From contig CAVZPM010000011.1 of NCBI GenBank assembly GCA_963777155.1, positions 1-64,000 on the forward strand: a stretch of 64,000 nucleotides of DNA, in the 5' to 3' direction. This DNA comes from Candidatus Bathyarchaeota archaeon. GTDB taxonomy: Archaea; Thermoproteota; Bathyarchaeia; Bathyarchaeales; Bathycorpusculaceae. The translations under genes and the position numbers were made by a program. The notes beneath the pieces are model-generated. The model was given only the letters and a program-made list of their open reading frames with translations. It did not search any database and was not told the origin of the DNA. This document shows, piece after piece, positions 49,846-59,321 of the stretch. Every line of letters starts with the position of its first letter. Positions within the stretch are counted from its first letter, which is position 1.

Positions 49846-50583
49846 TTGCGTAGACGCTACAAAATACTGATAATTGTTCTGCTTGTTGCCTTAGTGATTT
49901 TCACAGGGTTCATTGTGTGGGCTGAAACCCCCCCATCGCCAATGAAGCAAGCCATCAACGCATTACAATCCGATTCAAACGTCACAGTGATAAGTGGTCA
50001 ATGGTTGACTTTTAAACCCACAACCACCAATTACACTACAGGCTTGATTATTTATCCCGGTGGAAGGGTAGATTACCGTTCATATGCACCGCTTGCTCAT
50101 GCAATAGCTAATGAAGGATACTTGACAATTATTGTGCCTATGCCTCTTAATTTAGCGGTCTTTGGGGCTAATGCAGCAAACGACGTAATCGCATCTCACC
50201 CAGAGATTACCTCTTGGGCCATAGGCGGTCACTCTTTAGGTGGAACCATGGCTGCACAGTATACCTATCAGAACCCATCGAAAGTACAAGGACTTGTACT
50301 CTGGGCGGCATATCCTGCATCGGGAAATAACCTATCAAAATACGATCTGCTAGTAACTACTGTTCACGGTAGTAACGATGGATTGGTCAGTACTTCCCAA
50401 ATACAGACTTCTCTGGAGATGCTTCCCCCAACAACAGTTTATGTTGAAATAGCGGGAGGAAACCATGCGCAATTCGGATATTATGGCGATCAATCAGGAG
50501 ACAATCAGGCGATAATAACAAGAGAAGCTCAACAAAGCCAAACGTTAAACGTGACAGTAGAATTATTGCAGAAAATCAAGTAA
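49846..50583 (+). CDS. membrane-anchored alpha/beta hydrolase (Abhydrolase_5)
   Basis: YPGGRV, GGHSLGG, GSNDG, GGNHAQFGYYG. Confidence 0.88.
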   Translation: MRRRYKILIIVLLVALVIFTGFIVWAETPPSPMKQAINALQSDSNVTVISGQWLTFKPTTTNYTTGLIIYPGGRVDYRSYAPLAHAIANEGYLTIIVPMPLNLAVFGANAANDVIASHPEITSWAIGGHSLGGTMAAQYTYQNPSKVQGLVLWAAYPASGNNLSKYDLLVTTVHGSNDGLVSTSQIQTSLEMLPPTTVYVEIAGGNHAQFGYYGDQSGDNQAIITREAQQSQTLNVTVELLQKIK

Positions 50584-50639
50584 CTTCAAGGGCAGGAATT
50601 CATCTAAACATGCCTTGTTGACACGCTTGATTTTGAAGG

Positions 50640-51152
50640 CTAAAGTTCTACTTCTATGGCTACTTCGTTTCTGCGCACAAACCAAGGGGTAAAAGGTCCA
50701 TTGTATCGCATCGTAAACACTTGACCAACAGTTTTAATTCCTGCTTTTGTGAGCTCTTCAAGCATTTCTTTAGATTTCTTTTTGAATATTGAATTTGACC
50801 AACGACCTGAAAACTTTAGCGCAGCAACGACTCTTTCAGGTATTTCCACAATTTTAACACGTTCATCAAGTGGCTCAGGCGTGGTTTCAAGCGTTAACCC
50901 TTCAGGCATCACAAAACCTATTGAATCAGATTCAGACAAAACCGGTGCCGTCATGGCTATTTGCTCCGAAACAACAGGCGCTGTCATCGCAATTTTAGAC
51001 TTTTGCCTGTTATTGCCCGTGATGAAACTAAAGAGAAGGTTAAAGCCACCATCGCCGTAACCATCAACCCTAGCGATCACCAAACTTGGATAACGTCTAA
51101 TCTCAACAATGTTGATTTCTCTTAGAACTTCATATTTTGCCTGCTCAACCAT
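50640..51152 (-). CDS. SOUL heme-binding protein
   Basis: EIRRYP, FITGNN, KIAMTAPV, FVMP, RRNEV. Confidence 0.9.
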   Translation of the reverse strand: MVEQAKYEVLREINIVEIRRYPSLVIARVDGYGDGGFNLLFSFITGNNRQKSKIAMTAPVVSEQIAMTAPVLSESDSIGFVMPEGLTLETTPEPLDERVKIVEIPERVVAALKFSGRWSNSIFKKKSKEMLEELTKAGIKTVGQVFTMRYNGPFTPWFVRRNEVAIEVEL

Positions 51153-51347
51153 AATCCCATACTAGAAACCATCTAAATATATTGATTTTCTTGAGCGTTC
51201 TAGCTTGGACAAAAATAAGAGACCTGAATTAAACAGAGACGTAGCTGATTTTAAATTTCCGCCAGAAGCTTCCTCAGCTTCAGAAGCGACCGTTAGGCTA
51301 ATTAATCTAAAACACCGAAAGAGAAACAGGAGAAAGGAGGAATAATT

Positions 51348-52179
51348 ATAAATTACAAAGAAAGACAGGAAATAATTGCCAAATCGCCCATATCTCTTGG
51401 GTATCTGAAAAAGTTCAACTTAGGCGCAGGAACACTGCAACTGATAAATGGTATTGTAATTCTGGCATTGACTTTTCTTTTAACTTGGCCTAAAGGAACA
51501 GACATCTACACCTTCTACCTCACATTCGCCCATGTTAGTCCAACAAACCCCGCAATTTTCGCAGCACCAAACCCACAAGTCCTCTTCACCGTAACTCATC
51601 TGGGGCTGTTACTTGCAGCTTTCCCGCTTATCTCAGCACTTGCACATTTCACTGATTGCTTTTCCAAAGAACAAAGCATACAACGAAAACCTCAAAAAAG
51701 GCATGAACCCCTACCGATGGTACGAATATGCTTTCTCAAGTTCGATAATGATCTGGATAATTGCCACCTTCGTGGGAATCTGGGACTTCTGGTCACTCGC
51801 AATGATATTTGTGCTCAACGCCATGATGATAATGTTTGGCTACCTCATGGAACTGGTAAATCAGAAAACGGAGAAAACAAACTGGTCATCGTTCCTTCTG
51901 GGTTGCATATCTGGCGGTTTTCCCTGGGTTGTTCTGTTTGCTTACTTCGGAGGAGCTGTAGCCTCAAGTGCAGGCAGTGTTCCAAACTTCGTTTATGTGA
52001 TATTCGTTGTATATCTGGCGCTTTTCATGAGTTTCGCGGTCAATCAAGTTCTGCAGTACAAGGCTGTTGGAAAATGGAGAGATTATCTTTATGGCGAAAG
52101 AACCTACATTGTCCTTAGTTTCGTAGCGAAAACATTTCTGGTTTGGTTAGTGTTTATTGGTTTATTCAGACCATTCTAA
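51348..52179 (+). CDS. heliorhodopsin (frameshift near 51650, apparent ATA start)
   Basis: ISALAHF, NPYRWYEY, GYLME, GERTYIVLSFVAK with the retinal Lys; AGGAGG RBS before ATA 51348. Confidence 0.9.
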
Positions 52180-52392
52180 CCTCCCCACTTTCTTTTTAAT
52201 AAATAGAAGCATAATTCAACTAACCTATGGGGAAAAACTGGTTATTCTACCAAGTATTACGCTCTATTGCCATTTGCCGTTTGCTAGTTTAAACCGAATC
52301 TGAACTACACGTCAGTCCTCACACCCAATCCTGCACATCTTTGAGAGAAGACTGTCATGTGTATCTTTTGGTGCAATGAAGAATTAGTGGGG

Positions 52393-52539
52393 CAACTTAT
52401 TTGTATCGCTTCCCCCAAAACATTAAACATAACCCGTCTTGGCGCCGAATTGGGCTTTAGACATGTTGAATCCCACTTTGCCTATGTCCATCGGAGCTTG
52501 ACGCGAGAGATTGCAGTGTTTGAAAAGGTGACAGAATGA
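52393..52539 (+). pseudogene. trm11: third (probably ancestral) trm11 3' end, overlapping the rnz start
   Basis: QLICIASPK...VESHFAYVHRSLTREIAVFEKVTE*; ATGA overlap with rnz. Confidence 0.88.
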
Positions 52540-53456
52540 GCATACGTGTAGTGTTTTTGGGAACCAGTGGTAGTGTACCGACTCTGAAGCGAAGTTTGCC
52601 AGCGGTAACGGTGCTGTGTCCCAGGGAACAGTTGATGTTTGACTGCGGTGAAAACGTCCAGCGTCAAATGATGCAAGCGAAGACAAGTTTTCATAAAAAA
52701 ACGAAAATTTTAATCACCCACTTACACGGTGACCATGTGCTTGGCTTGCCTGGGCTTCTGCAAACCATGGCGTTAATGGACCGCAAAGAGCCCGTTCAAG
52801 TCTATGGACCAGTCGGACTAAAAGACTTCCTTGACTGTACAAGAAAAGCCCTGAATTTTGGGTTAACATTTCCAGTAGAAATCAGCGAAATCCTATCTGA
52901 AGGCCTCGTCTGCGACACCGAAGAATACCGCATTATTGCAAAAAAAACTAACCACGCAATAGAAAGCTACGCTTTTGCGTTTGAGGAGAAACCGCGTCCA
53001 GGCAAGTTTTATCCCAAAAAGGCATTAGCGCTCGGAGTTGTAGTTGGTGAGTTGTGGTCTCGATTGCAGCGCGGTGAAGAAATCACATTAGCTGATGGCA
53101 AAGTGGTTAAGCCTGCGGATGTGATGGGACCGATGCGGACTGGAAGAAAAATTGTTTATACGGGTGATACGAGGCCCTTTGAGGCGTTCGCAAAATTCGC
53201 TGAAGATGCTGATTTAGTTATTCATGACTGCACTTTTGATGATTCGCTCACTGAAAAGGCAGCGCTAGATGGGCATTCAACGCCAACTCAAGCGGCAACT
53301 CAAGCGAAGCTAGCAGGGGTAAAACAGCTGATCCTATCGCATATCAGTGCAAGGTACCCAAACGCTGGGTTGCTTTTGGATCAAGCAAAAAAAGTATTCC
53401 CCAATACCCTGTTGGCTGAGGATTTTATGGAACTAGAATTGCCGCTAAGCGAGTAG
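52536..53456 (+). CDS. rnz: ribonuclease Z
   Basis: FLGTSGSVPT, DCGE, THLHGDH, GDT, HST, HISARY. Confidence 0.95.
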   Translation: MSIRVVFLGTSGSVPTLKRSLPAVTVLCPREQLMFDCGENVQRQMMQAKTSFHKKTKILITHLHGDHVLGLPGLLQTMALMDRKEPVQVYGPVGLKDFLDCTRKALNFGLTFPVEISEILSEGLVCDTEEYRIIAKKTNHAIESYAFAFEEKPRPGKFYPKKALALGVVVGELWSRLQRGEEITLADGKVVKPADVMGPMRTGRKIVYTGDTRPFEAFAKFAEDADLVIHDCTFDDSLTEKAALDGHSTPTQAATQAKLAGVKQLILSHISARYPNAGLLLDQAKKVFPNTLLAEDFMELELPLSE

Positions 53457-54227
53457 ATGCTTTAGTTTCTGGATGCTTTCAGGTACCTTATGCATAGATT
53501 CCACTATGACGCTTTTATCGTAGCCGATTTTTTCAAGCGTTTCAGCAAACCAGTTGTAGTCGATGTTGCCGTCTTCAACCCCGAAGTGTTGGTCTTCTGA
53601 GCCATCGTTGTTACTGGCGTGAATGTGAACTATTTTGTCGGCGAGTTGGTTAAAGAAGGGCTGGATTTGTCCCTCGAGATTGGCATGTCCAAGATCCAAC
53701 GTTATACCGATGGGTAAGTTAGTTTCCTTGTACATTTTCTGGAATTCTTCAGGAGTATTCATCAAGAACCAATATTTCGCAGGCAAGTTCTCCAGGGCGA
53801 TGTTTATGCCGTATTCTTCCGCTTTAGCGTAGAGCTGCTCGATGCTTTGGCACATCTGTTTGAAGTCAGCACCCGGATAGAATTGGCCTATTCCAGTGCG
53901 TTGTCCCGGGTGGAAGACCCACATTTTAGCGTCTATTGCGTTGGCATTTGCCAGCGATTGGGTTAGGCGTTTTAGTGAAGCGTTTAGCAGGGGCTTAACT
54001 GGTGAGGCGATGTTGACGTCGGCGAAGGGTGCATGCAGGGAGTATGTTAGGTTGTATGATTTTGCGGCTTCTTTGAGTAGCGTGATGCGTTGTTTGTCGA
54101 GGTCATGAGTGCCGTCATCTAGAATTTCAATGTACTTTGTATCCATGGTGCCTAAGCGTTTTACCATGCGCTTGAAGGGTTCGCCTAGGCAGTAGAGCAT
54201 TGAAACGCCGATTTTTGCTTTAGACAT
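53445..54227 (-). CDS. sugar phosphate isomerase/epimerase (TIM barrel, AP endonuclease 2-like)
   Basis: LHAPFAD, FHPG, LEN, DLGHA, HIHASNN. Confidence 0.85.
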   Translation of the reverse strand: MSKAKIGVSMLYCLGEPFKRMVKRLGTMDTKYIEILDDGTHDLDKQRITLLKEAAKSYNLTYSLHAPFADVNIASPVKPLLNASLKRLTQSLANANAIDAKMWVFHPGQRTGIGQFYPGADFKQMCQSIEQLYAKAEEYGINIALENLPAKYWFLMNTPEEFQKMYKETNLPIGITLDLGHANLEGQIQPFFNQLADKIVHIHASNNDGSEDQHFGVEDGNIDYNWFAETLEKIGYDKSVIVESMHKVPESIQKLKHLLA

Positions 54228-54354
54228 AAGGGTTCCTCAGTGTGAATTGGAATGTTTCTGGTAGAAAGCTAAGCTACCTAAATAACTTAATCCCTAAAAC
54301 TTCAAGAACTGTTTAAAAACCCAAGTCAGCAACCATTTGAGGCAGAAAATTTAA

Positions 54355-54575
54355 TTATTTTAGAAGTTTTTGAAACTCTTTCTTAGTTCAAACCTGCTTC
54401 TTCTATAATCGCCATCAACAAACCTCTCTTTATCTGCGTTATGTTTTGGAACAGGCACAATTCTCTCATTTTTTACAAGAATTAAATGGCTGCCTATTTG
54501 TCGCTCGACTTGGAAAGCCATGCCTTGTTAGAGCTTAATTACTTCACGCCATGAGATCAGAGGGAGCTTCGACAA
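54355..54575 (-). pseudogene. HicA-like toxin with several frameshifts
   Basis: pieces read LSKLPLISWREVIK, FQVERQIGSHLIL, VPVPKH, GLLMAIIEEAG. Confidence 0.65.
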
Positions 54576-54778
54576 TTACTTCAGCCTTTTCGCCTTTAGT
54601 TTTTTTGGTCAAGAAGTTTTGCTTTACCTTCCAAGTAGCCTTCGATGGCTTCTTTAATGTTGCTCAACGCTTCTTCTTTGGTTTCGCCTTGTGTTGCTAC
54701 TGGCAGCTCCAAGGCTTTAACTATAAAACCGCCTTCTTCAGCTGGTTCAAGTAAAACTGTGAATTTACGGGCAACCAT
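54544..54778 (-). CDS. short HicB-family antitoxin (3' frameshift)
   Basis: EEGGFIV...TQGETKEEALSNIKEAIEGYLE. Confidence 0.8.
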
Positions 54779-54925
54779 ATGCAACGCACCGCATAACTCT
54801 TACCTTATACCTAGCATAAGAAGATATTCCAAAATGTAGGTTAATTTCTTAACTCTTGCCAAGATTGCATAACAGTTTTAAGCTTAACCGCAATCTCCCA
54901 TAAGAGAAGGATTGACTGAACTGAC

Positions 54926-55708
54926 ATGGATACTTGGCGTTTGCTTCCATTAGAAACCAACAATGCGTCTATGAACATGGCAATCGACGAGGCAATCTTA
55001 AATGCACGCGTCGCTGGGCAGGTTCCCAATACCCTACGCTTTTACCGCTGGAAACCCTCCGCAGTGAGCATCGGCAAAAACCAAAACCCCGAGAACGAGG
55101 TTTACCTTGATACCTGCAAAAAACTCGGCGTAGATGTAGTTCGACGCATCAGCGGTGGGGGCACTGTTTACCATGATTTCGAGGGGGAAGTAACCTATAG
55201 CGTCGTAGCCAAAACATCCGACTTGGGCACCGCAGACATAACCACCGTTTATTACAAAATCTACGAAGCCATAACTGATGGGCTCCGTCTTTTGGGGGTT
55301 CCAGCAGACTTCAGCGGTGGAGATGCCAAAAACTGCCCAAACCTCACCGTTGGCGGCAAAAAAATCTCAGGCAGCAGCCAAACCATCACCCACGGGGTTG
55401 TCCTCCAACATGGTACCATTTTGAGAAGTCTTGATTTACCTAAAATGTTCCAGCTCCTAAAACTTAGAGACATAAGCTGCAGCGTCGCGGCGGATATTGG
55501 GAAGCGTAAAATCACCAGCATCCAAAACGAGCTCGGCCACGAAATCAGCCCCGACACTATCTCCAATGCTTTGATTCAAGGATTCAAGGCTATCCTTAAA
55601 ATCCAGCTCGAATCAGGCGAACTCTCCGAAACCGAAAAAGAAACTGCGGACAAGCTCTGCAAAGAAAAATACGCATCAAAAGAATGGAATTTTAGCGGCA
55701 AAACCTAA
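54926..55708 (+). CDS. lipoate-protein ligase family protein
   Basis: NMAIDEA, RRISGGGTVYHD, KKISGSSQ, LQHGT. Confidence 0.9.
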   Translation: MDTWRLLPLETNNASMNMAIDEAILNARVAGQVPNTLRFYRWKPSAVSIGKNQNPENEVYLDTCKKLGVDVVRRISGGGTVYHDFEGEVTYSVVAKTSDLGTADITTVYYKIYEAITDGLRLLGVPADFSGGDAKNCPNLTVGGKKISGSSQTITHGVVLQHGTILRSLDLPKMFQLLKLRDISCSVAADIGKRKITSIQNELGHEISPDTISNALIQGFKAILKIQLESGELSETEKETADKLCKEKYASKEWNFSGKT

Positions 55709-57130
55709 GTTTTCTCTTTGTGCCACCTTACACCTTGCGCAGTGTCTTCAAGCACTATACCCATAGCTTTCAGCTGCGTCCGTATTCCATCTGCTTCTTT
55801 CCAGTTTTTTGTTTTGCGGGCTTCTTCACGTTTTTGTACCAATGCATCAATGTCAGCGGATAATGTTTCTTCAACTTCAACCTTGCCTATAACGCCCAAA
55901 ACCGCATCAAACTTCATCATCAAACCACCGACGTCAGCAGCTTCAGATTTACTTACCGAGTTAGCATCGAGCAAATTGTTGATTTCACGGACAAAATCAA
56001 ACAGCGAAGCCAACGCTATACCAATGTTTAAGTCGTCATCCATCGAACCGCCAAAACAAGCCTCAACTTTGTCCATGAAGTTGGCTACTTTTCCGCCGCT
56101 TTCCTTACCATCCGCTTCATGTAGGCGCCTGACAAAGTTTCGGAGCCGGTCTACTGCACCCTTTGCAGATTCCAAACCTTCAAAGGTGAAGTTGAATTGC
56201 TGACGATAATGCGTTGACATTAACAAATAGCGAATCGCAATCGGGTCATATCCCTTCGCCAACAAATCGCGGAGGGTGTAGAAGTTGCCGAGGCTTTTGG
56301 ACATTTTTTTGCCCTCCACCTGTAAGTGCTCGTTGTGCATCCAGTAATTCACGAATTTCTTGCCCGTTGCCGCTTCGCATTGTGCTATTTCGTTTTCGTG
56401 GTGGGGGAACATATTGTCGACACCGCCGCAGTGAATGTCGAAGGTTTCGCCCAGATACTTCATGCTCATAGCACTGCATTCGATGTGCCAGCCCGGTCTG
56501 CCTTTACCCAGTTCAGTTTCCCAAAACACATCGCCGTCTTCTGGTGTCCAAGCTTTCCAAAGCGCAAAATCCTGCGCTTCCTCTTTGGCATATTCATCTT
56601 GGCTCACTCTTGCCCCAACCTTCAGTTCACCTACTTTGATGTTGGACATTTTGCCGTAATCTGGGAATTTGCATACGGAGAAGTAGATTGAGCCGTCTTC
56701 GCCCTTGTAAGCGATGCCTTTAGCCATCAGTGTTTTGATTAGTGCCAACCATTTCGGGGATGTGGTCGGTGGCTTTTGGGTAAACATCTGCAGGCTCAAT
56801 GTTTAGGACTTTTATGTCTTCAAAGAAGGCTTTAACGTAGAAATCGGTGAATTGCTGTAGCGGCACTCCTTGTTTTTGGCTGCCTTTTATGGTTTTGTCA
56901 TCGATGTCAGTTAGGTTCATGACATGGGTTACTTTGAAGCCCCGCTGAATCAACCAACGTTTAAGCAAATCCTCAAAAAGAAAAGCCCGAAAATTTCCAA
57001 TATGCGCAAAATCATAAACCGTGGGGCCGCAAGTGTACATTTTTACTTTGTTCTCTTCCAATGGTTTAAAAATTTCTTTTTTGCGTGTTAGTGTGTTAAA
57101 AAAGCAGATGCTTGATTGTGTGTTGATCAC
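55705..57130 (-). CDS. cysS: cysteine-tRNA ligase (frameshift near 56747)
   Basis: CGPTVYD, HIGN, DFALWK, GRPGWHIECS, KMSKS. Confidence 0.95.
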
Positions 57131-57205
57131 TTTCTCAGCCGAACAAAATACAGAGCCGAAATTATTTAAGTATTCACATAAGAATGGAAAACAGGTTATT
57201 TTTTT

Positions 57206-57260
57206 CTCGACCTGAGGAGGTGTGTCGCCGCTAAGAAGTCGTAAGGATTTCAACACAGCA
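57206..57260 (-). ncRNA. candidate C/D-box-like guide RNA
   Basis: two segments complementary to conserved 16S rRNA sequences; degenerate boxes; AT-rich TATA-like element at about 57275. Confidence 0.4.
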
Positions 57261-57304
57261 CAAGTTTCGATTCTATATTAATGGTTATAGCCAGGAATTA
57301 GCAA

Positions 57305-58600
57305 CTAATTTTCGTGGAGTTCTCCTTTCAGATAGGTTCCCAAAGCCTCAACCACCTTAACCTGCAAGGTTTTGCCAAGCAATTTATCGTTGCTTTTTAT
57401 GACAATTGGTTTGTAGGCGAAGTTGCGTCCAATCCATGAACCCTCCACTTTTCCCTTCTCATCCACAAACACTTCCCCACTCCAACCAACCCAACGAAGG
57501 TTTCGCTCAGCCGAAAGCCGCTTCGCTAACTCCGACGCAACGGTGCTTCTCCGCTTGATTTCTTCCTTCTCAACTACACATTCTTTCATTCTGGCTGCCA
57601 CAGTCTTTGGTCTGGCGAAAAACTTGGAAACATTAACTATGTCAGGTTTAACTTCTTCTAGAAGCTTGAGCGTATTCTCAAAGGCTTCTTTTGTTTCGCC
57701 TGGAAAACCAACGATAACGTCGGTTGCCAACGTTAACTGTGAAAATTCACCTCTAAAAGTATCCACGATTCCTTTGAACTCTGCTGCCGTATAGAATCTA
57801 CGCATGTGTTGGAGCACTGTATCATCGCCACTTTGCACTGGAAGATGCAGAAACTTGAAGATCTTCGGGTTGTCAAACGCAGTGATCAGTCGGGTTTGCA
57901 TTTCGGTAACCAAGTTTGGCGTCATCATGCCAACCCTGACCCGAAAATCCCCTTGTAATCTGCCTATCTCTGACAGCAGGTCTGCGAGGTCAATGTATAA
58001 CTCCCTGCCATAGCTTGCTGTATCCTGTGAAGTAAGCCAAAATTCTCTGACTCCAGCAACATAGTCACTTTTTACACGTTCCACTATTTCTTTTATGCTA
58101 TAGCTTCTTAGGTGCCCCCGTGCGAAAACGACGCAGCAGTAGCTGCAGCTGCCCAAGCAACCAAAGTTTATGGGAACGATGCTTATGACTGGATTGGCTG
58201 TCTGCCTTGGAAGACTCAGAAGCGGTTTCTCTTTAACTGAATCTAAATCCACCACTTTCTCGCCAGCCAAAACACGTTTGACAACGTTAACGATTTCACC
58301 GCCAACCGCTGGACCAACCGCACCATCAAAATGCACCTCGCGCAGTAGTCGCTCAAAACTAATCTTGGGCAAGCAGCCTGAAACCACGATTTTTTTATCT
58401 GTTGGCGCGTGTTTTAAATCGTCGATTATGCGGTTCTCAGTTGGTCCTTTAACTGCGCAAGTGTTGAAGATTATCAAGTCAGCTTCTGCTTCTGAGCTGG
58501 TTAATTGAAATCCTGCTTCGGCTAGACAACCGGCTATGACTTCGCCGTCAGCCGTATTGGCGGAACAGCCATAGTTTTTTATGAAGACCTGCCAGACCAT
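57305..58600 (-). CDS. tRNA t6A37 methylthiotransferase (archaeal MtaB)
   Basis: YGCSAN, NTCAVK, GCLGSCSYC, HLPVQSG, TRAM domain. Confidence 0.9.
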   Translation of the reverse strand: MVWQVFIKNYGCSANTADGEVIAGCLAEAGFQLTSSEAEADLIIFNTCAVKGPTENRIIDDLKHAPTDKKIVVSGCLPKISFERLLREVHFDGAVGPAVGGEIVNVVKRVLAGEKVVDLDSVKEKPLLSLPRQTANPVISIVPINFGCLGSCSYCCVVFARGHLRSYSIKEIVERVKSDYVAGVREFWLTSQDTASYGRELYIDLADLLSEIGRLQGDFRVRVGMMTPNLVTEMQTRLITAFDNPKIFKFLHLPVQSGDDTVLQHMRRFYTAAEFKGIVDTFRGEFSQLTLATDVIVGFPGETKEAFENTLKLLEEVKPDIVNVSKFFARPKTVAARMKECVVEKEEIKRRSTVASELAKRLSAERNLRWVGWSGEVFVDEKGKVEGSWIGRNFAYKPIVIKSNDKLLGKTLQVKVVEALGTYLKGELHEN

Positions 58601-58809
58601 GGTTTATTCGCAAGTTAGTTGCTTCAACAAGGCATAAAAACGTAATCCTTACAGAGCTTGAATTGACAGATACCTGTCATCAAGCATCTTTCTAACTTTA
58701 TAAGTAGTGGAACGAACATGTTATAAGCATATTTACAGTATGATATATAGAAGTATAACCAAGAATACATGTTTTAGATATTCATCCAGAAGTTACGGGA
58801 GAACCCTCT

Positions 58810-58965
58810 ATGAAACTAATCACTCTGTATTTACCTGAAACGTATATAAAAGCTTTGGACCAGTTGGTTGACGAACGGTTCTATCCGAATCGTGCGGAAG
58901 CCATCAGGGTCGCAATCCGGGATCTAATTAGTGCTGAAGTTTGGAGGCGTAAAGGCGTTGACTAA
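58810..58965 (+). CDS. CdrS-like ribbon-helix-helix regulator (51 aa, absent from the ORF track)
   Basis: MKLITLYLPETYIKALDQLVDERFYPNRAEAIRVAIRDLI. Confidence 0.85.
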   Translation: MKLITLYLPETYIKALDQLVDERFYPNRAEAIRVAIRDLISAEVWRRKGVD

Positions 58966-59246
58966 ACATCTGCATGATGATGCTTTGAAATGTCCATTAG
59001 GCATCGATGATGTCAAGATGGAAGTTGTTCCAGAAAGCATCAACCCAACTATGGTTCTTGCTTCGATCAAACATAAACCGTAAACCTAAAGGAAAAATGA
59101 AAGTCAGGATGGTTAAATCTAAAGTGACATCTAGAAAAAGCCGTTTGGAAAAAGCTACCAGTCACCTCTATGACCTTGAAGACTGCAGTGGACCAGAAAA
59201 AACCTTAAACATCGATTTCGGTCTGTATCAAATGGAAGAGTATTGA
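58958..59246 (+). CDS. small hypothetical protein coupled to the RHH gene (probably frameshifted)
   Basis: TTG overlapping the end of the RHH gene; ends LYDLEDCSGPEKTLNIDFGLYQMEEY*. Confidence 0.45.
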
Positions 59247-59321
59247 GTTACTTTTTTTCCCTTTTTACATTGATTTTGTTTTTGGAAAAGCTATTATTTC
59301 CCCGAACGCCAATTGTTAGCC

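Larger units (their letters stand above)
44388..52392. mobile_element. island B at the trm11 3' end (light/UV-response cargo)
   Basis: bounded by trm11 3' copies at 44388 and 52393. Confidence 0.65.

Noticed and set aside
51342-51349. Another ATAATTAT box as a fourth att-like site
   Set aside because: No TTAAGAA core at the 24- or 31-nt spacing; it sits in the heliorhodopsin RBS spacer.
54270-54860. TAACTCTT and TCCCTAAAA similarities around hicBA as cassette boundaries
   Set aside because: Too short and AT-rich, with no consistent spacing like that of the ilvC sites.
57209-57240. CTGAGGA plus a short stem as a hammerhead ribozyme core
   Set aside because: The required GAAA after stem II is absent (GCTAAG instead).
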